This document shows, piece by piece, positions 59,701 to 64,000 of a DNA stretch of 64,000 nucleotides. Below the pieces are notes generated by a model, which saw only the letters and a program-made list of their open reading frames with translations, searched no databases and was not told where the DNA came from. Origin of the DNA: Perna viridis. Its lineage: Eukaryota. The number at the start of each line of letters is the position of its first letter. The stretch's first letter is position 1. Position numbers and translations under genes: made by a program. Where the stretch lies: contig CM074514.1 of assembly GCA_037379345.1 (NCBI GenBank), positions 1,922,001-1,986,000 on the forward strand, in the 5' to 3' direction.

Positions 59701-62700
59701 AGAAAAATTATTATTTACTAATAAGGAGTATTTTGTTTCTTCATTTCAGCCAATGAGGGGAATTAGACTATTAGTAAATGCCATCAACAAAATACAACTA
59801 TTTCCAGCACAACTGACATCTATTCATGCTGATCTGTGTCAGGTAAGATGACCTTAGATATCTATATTTGATTATTATCTAGTTTTGGTTATGAGTTTCC
59901 TTTTAACACAGGTTTTCTTTAATGAAGCACCATAACCCTCCCGTATGAATTATCGAGAGTAACTATACTGTTTTCCATATGTCCTTGAAGAGAAGATAGC
60001 AGGACTCCACCTCCAAAACTGATACATGTAAAAGTAAATTTCAAATTGATTTTTACTAAGAATAAATTTGCATTATTTTATATAGATTTGCACCAGCAGT
60101 TACATTTCTTATTTAGAATACCAGTATCTAGTGAAACTATGCATTTTATTAAACTTTCGTTCTCTTAATACATTTTATCTTTTAGACCTTACAAGGTATT
60201 TTCTATATTTTCATTCAGTTTATACATTTGATCTTTAAGACCTTATAATATATTTTTTATATATTTCCATAGTTATGTTTATTGTCAAAGAACATGACCC
60301 CTGTCCTACCATTCCTGGATGTAGATATTAATGATATCAGTAAAGAGGTAAGCATGGTCTGTAAATATTGAAATTATTCTGTTTATTTATTGAATTCAAA
60401 TGATAAATTAGTTTCTATTTTAGATTTATGTCCTATATTGACTATATTTGCAATTGAAAAATTACAAATCATTACAATTTTACATTTTCAACATTTTCAG
60501 TGATAATAATATGAAGACATTTTCATACATTGAATACATCAATGTTTTGAAGTCGGTATTTTCTAACATAAGATTATAATTACCAATGCATTTTCAGAAA
60601 TATTTGTTTGACATTGATAGACTTTAAAATGTCATTGAATTGTTTTATTTTTTGAGGGTGGTCACTTTGATGCCAAGGAATTGTTGTTATACTACTATTA
60701 TGGAGGAATGATCTACACAGCACTGAAGAATTATGATAGAGCACTCTATTTTTATGAAATTGTAAGCTGGAACTTAAATATATGCCTAAGTTTATTAGGA
60801 GACTTTCCATGAGACAACCATTTTGTTTTCATTTTTCTTTTTGAACACCTGACCAATCTTTCTTAAAGGTCTATGTACTGATAGAATTAATTATTTTATA
60901 AACGAAAACTTTATATTTTATAGAGTCTTGGTACATCTACAAAATGTTCTAAAATTTTCAATGTCTGAATCTAATTCATTTTGAGAGGATGTTAGTCTTA
61001 ATATATCCTAAACTATAGTGCAAAGAATTAGTTATTTTACAAATGAGAACTTAATTTTTTATAGAGTCTTTGTACATCTACAAAATGTTCTAAAATTTTC
61101 AATGTCAGAATCTAATTCATTTTGGGAGGATGTTAGTCTTAATATATCCTAAACTGTAGTGCAAAGAATTAGTTATTTTACAAATGAAAACTTCATATTT
61201 TATAGAGTCTTTGTACATCTACAAAATGTTCTAAAATTTTCAATGTCAGAATCTAATTCATTTTGAGAGGATGTTAGTCTTAATATATACTAAACTGTAG
61301 TGCAAAGAATTAGTTATTTTACAAATGAAAACTTCATATTTTATAGAGTCTTTGTACATCTACAAAATGTTCTAAAATTTTCAATGTCTGAATCTAATTC
61401 ATTTTGAGATGATATTAGTCTTAATATATCCTAAACTATAGTGCAAAGTAAGAAACAGTAAAAGTAATTGAAGAGATGCCTAAATAAGTTATGGTACTGT
61501 TGTTCTGTAGACATTAGTTTCTGTACAAAGGCTTTAGTATAAATAGATGGTTCTATATAGTTTTCACACAGCAAAGGTCAAGCTGAGAATGATTATGGGA
61601 TTATCGTTTAGGGATAAGGGGCAATAACTTCAGGAAGTGCCTGAATCACAAAAAGAGGGATGGCTTTTGGTATTAAAAGCAACTGTTCGGGTTTCAACCT
61701 ATGGGATCATATCATATAACATTAAATCATTTGGTAATGTTCACAAGTTAATATTTATAAAAATATAAAAAGTAGCTTTGAATAGCAAATGATTCCTTGT
61801 AAGTGGGCTTGCTTTTGCACAACAGTTTCTATGATGCCACACTTTAAAATTGAAATGTCTTCCATGATTGATGTGAAAACAAAAACAAAGAATTCTAATT
61901 TGAAAGTAAAGTACTAGAAAGTATTACACTTAAACAGAAGATACAAGGTCATTTTCAAATACATTAAATTGAGGATTATCAGAAGTTAAGCAGCCCAACC
62001 ATAGTTTTAACTTTTACTGTATCTATTACATAACCTTACTTTTGAATAAAGTATTGAATGGAGATGATTTTTATCCAGGCAATAACAACCCCCAGTATGG
62101 CTGTTAGTCACGTTATGTTGGAGGCTTACAAAAAGTACATTCTAGTGGCAATGATAGTTCATGGAAAAGTAAGTTGACTCATTGAAAGATGTATGATTTC
62201 ATATAACCTCATTTTGTACATGTCTACCAATTTGTAATCAAATAGGTTTTTTTTCTTCTGGTCCAGTGTGTGTGTTGTAGAAAGATTACATTGCTATTAT
62301 GTAAACAATTTACTGTGAGTTGGCCATAGTTGTTTCAGTTTAGCTGTTGTCAATGTATTCCTTCAGCTATACAATTGAGTTTGTTAAACTTAAAAATATA
62401 CATTGCTCCAGGGACATTCTGAAAAATTCAAACCTTGCAACCCATGTGTAAAAAGAAAGTGTTGTAAGATGTCTTTGAACAGAAATGTAAATTTCACAGA
62501 TGAGTGGTTCACCTATAATAAAATCACCTTGCCACCCTTTAATATTTACTCATGGTATGGCCCGGTATTGTCCAACATTTTTATTTCTGTAGATTGTCAC
62601 TGAAACAATACTTATTATCCAATCTGAATATCTTAAGTGATACAATAGCAACAGGAAAACTGAAACACCATTTGTTAATTCACAGTAGAATAATTTGTAA

Positions 62701-62869
62701 TTTTGTAATGAAAATATATGATATTACAGTTAACAACAAATCTAAATCACTCAAATAAAATATATGTTATGATGCATGATTCCAGAACATGTTAGAGTGT
62801 TTTTTATATTTGTTTCAGGTACCTAATTTACCAAAATATACATCACCTGTTGTAGCAAGATATATTAAG
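56756..62869 (+). CDS. COPS3: COP9 signalosome complex subunit 3; first 9 coding exons (254 codons); gene continues beyond the window
   Basis: Exons 56756-56810, 57633-57762, 58214-58326, 58497-58546, 59750-59842, 60273-60347, 60657-60761, 62079-62168, 62819-62869. Translation [31 protein letters not shown]...[19 protein letters not shown]...PDFETLF...[11 protein letters not shown]...[17 protein letters not shown]...YYYYGGMIY...[23 protein letters not shown]...LPKYTS closely matches human COPS3. Confidence 0.97.
57172..57536 (+). mobile_element. SINE-like element with (CAAT)n tail in COPS3 intron 1
   Basis: GC-richer block ending cgcctggatatatctgaaacatggctgcttgggtgttaaacaccaacaatcaatcaaccaatc. 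The same tail recurs as isolated fragments at 41688-41748 (+) and 7273-7322 (-). Confidence 0.55.
58563..59457 (+). mobile_element. Helentron-associated (HINE-like) non-autonomous element with internal repeats
   Basis: 5' motif aaggtcatgtgatctattgccttcacttggcgtccatcatcgtt and 3' motif caggtgagtgattcaggct resemble bivalve HINE ends. A diverged internal duplication lies at ~58670 and ~58977. Similar decayed elements occur at ~9295-9590, ~19155-19690, ~31795-32050, ~42520-42895 and ~49985-50530. Confidence 0.5.
60883..61447. repeat. 141-bp tandem repeat, x4, in a COPS3 intron
   Basis: Units start at ~60883, 61024, 61165 and 61306 (agaattagttattttacaaatg...aaactgtagtgcaa). Confidence 0.95.
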
Positions 62870-63201
62870 GTTTGTTTGTCTATATCTATTTTATTTTAAG
62901 GCATTGTTTGTCGATATAATTTTGTTTTGATTGGTTCATTGGATATCTGTTGATGATCTATTTCTGTAATTCTCTTGGAAACTGACATCTGAATATACAA
63001 GCGTCAAATCATTGATACATGCCTTTTATATGGTATGTTGAGACGAGTCGAAAGGCCATTCATGCAGATATTGTTGATTTTATATACTAGTGTCTTCACA
63101 ACTGTGAACATATATGTTATGGCTTAATAACATTTAAATGTTATTAACAGAACTGCAAAAATATACTTCTGCCTTTTTATATGACTGCAAAAAACTTGCA
63201 G

Positions 63202-63350
63202 TGGTGTAATGGTACAGTGCTGTCAGTGCCTGTCATCTTGGTATAATGGAACAGTGCTGTCAGTGTCTGTCATCTTGGTATAATGGAACTGTGCTGTTAG
63301 TGTCTGTCATCTTGGTATAATGGAACTGTGCTGTTAGTGTCTGTCATTGT
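63202..63350. repeat. 37-bp minisatellite, x4
   Basis: Unit tggtataatggaactgtgctgttagtgtctgtcatct. Confidence 0.9.
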
Positions 63351-64000
63351 CATCTATTATGGTTGTCATCTTAGTTCATAGACATTTGGTTTTCATGCCT
63401 GGTTTTCTAGCAATAACTTGAATATTAGGTTCCACTATGTAGATAGGTCACTGCAGATAACTTTGACAATTTGTGGAAATAAAGCTATATTGAGACACTT
63501 AAACAAGCAAATCTAACAACTTTTTCCTGTACAAAGTATATATTTTTCAAAACCTTACATTATGGAGATATATGAAAAAAGATAGATATGCTTTTTTATT
63601 TGGTCATGAAAATCTGTAGCTATGGTAACATAATAAAAATATATATCAGTTTTCATAACAAGTTTTGGGTGCCTTCCCATAATTTTTTGTCAAAAAACAG
63701 TTTTTCTAAAATATCAGGCACTTTAAAACTGCCATAAAAAGTAAGCAGGCATGGTTTTATTGTAAAAAAAAAACTAATAAAAAGTGTACCTTTTTCTGCT
63801 CATATGTTCATGATTTGAACTCAAAGTGCGTGCGAAATTTTGCATTTTTGAAAAATGGGCAGTTGGTGTAGGGAAGAGAACCCAATGCGGTGAGGACTTG
63901 AATCTTTCCGGATAGCTTAAAGCAAGCATTTTACTCCTCTTTACCTTCACAAGTATTGCATTTATTTATGTACAAATGCTCTACTACTCACAACCAATAT

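Overview
AT-rich, intron-rich animal DNA, most likely from a bivalve mollusc (inferred from repeat types and composition, not proven). It is not prokaryotic: there are no CRISPR arrays, rRNA or operons, and most six-frame ORFs are spurious. Assembling GT-AG exons by hand gives four genes. (1, 2) Two tandem, same-strand TMC (transmembrane channel-like, TMC7-like) paralogs at ~0.66-21.4 kb and ~28.4/30.2-46.0 kb; both are in frame, with matching intron positions and phases. (3) A complete 5-exon 5'(3')-deoxyribonucleotidase (NT5M/NT5C family) on the minus strand. (4) The first 9 coding exons of COPS3, head-to-head with the nucleotidase gene, as in human 17p11.2. Introns contain two truncated Penelope-like RT elements (one is intergenic), a Ginger-like TIR element, MITEs, SINE remnants, HINE-like elements and many minisatellites. 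The most striking pattern is that at least nine exon-intron junctions have been tandemly duplicated or amplified (2 to ~28 copies). The arrays extend into the intron and leave rows of decoy donor or acceptor sites, including independent arrays at opposite ends of the same paralogous intron in the two TMC genes. All coordinates, copy numbers and family assignments were made by eye and from recalled family motifs; no searches were run.
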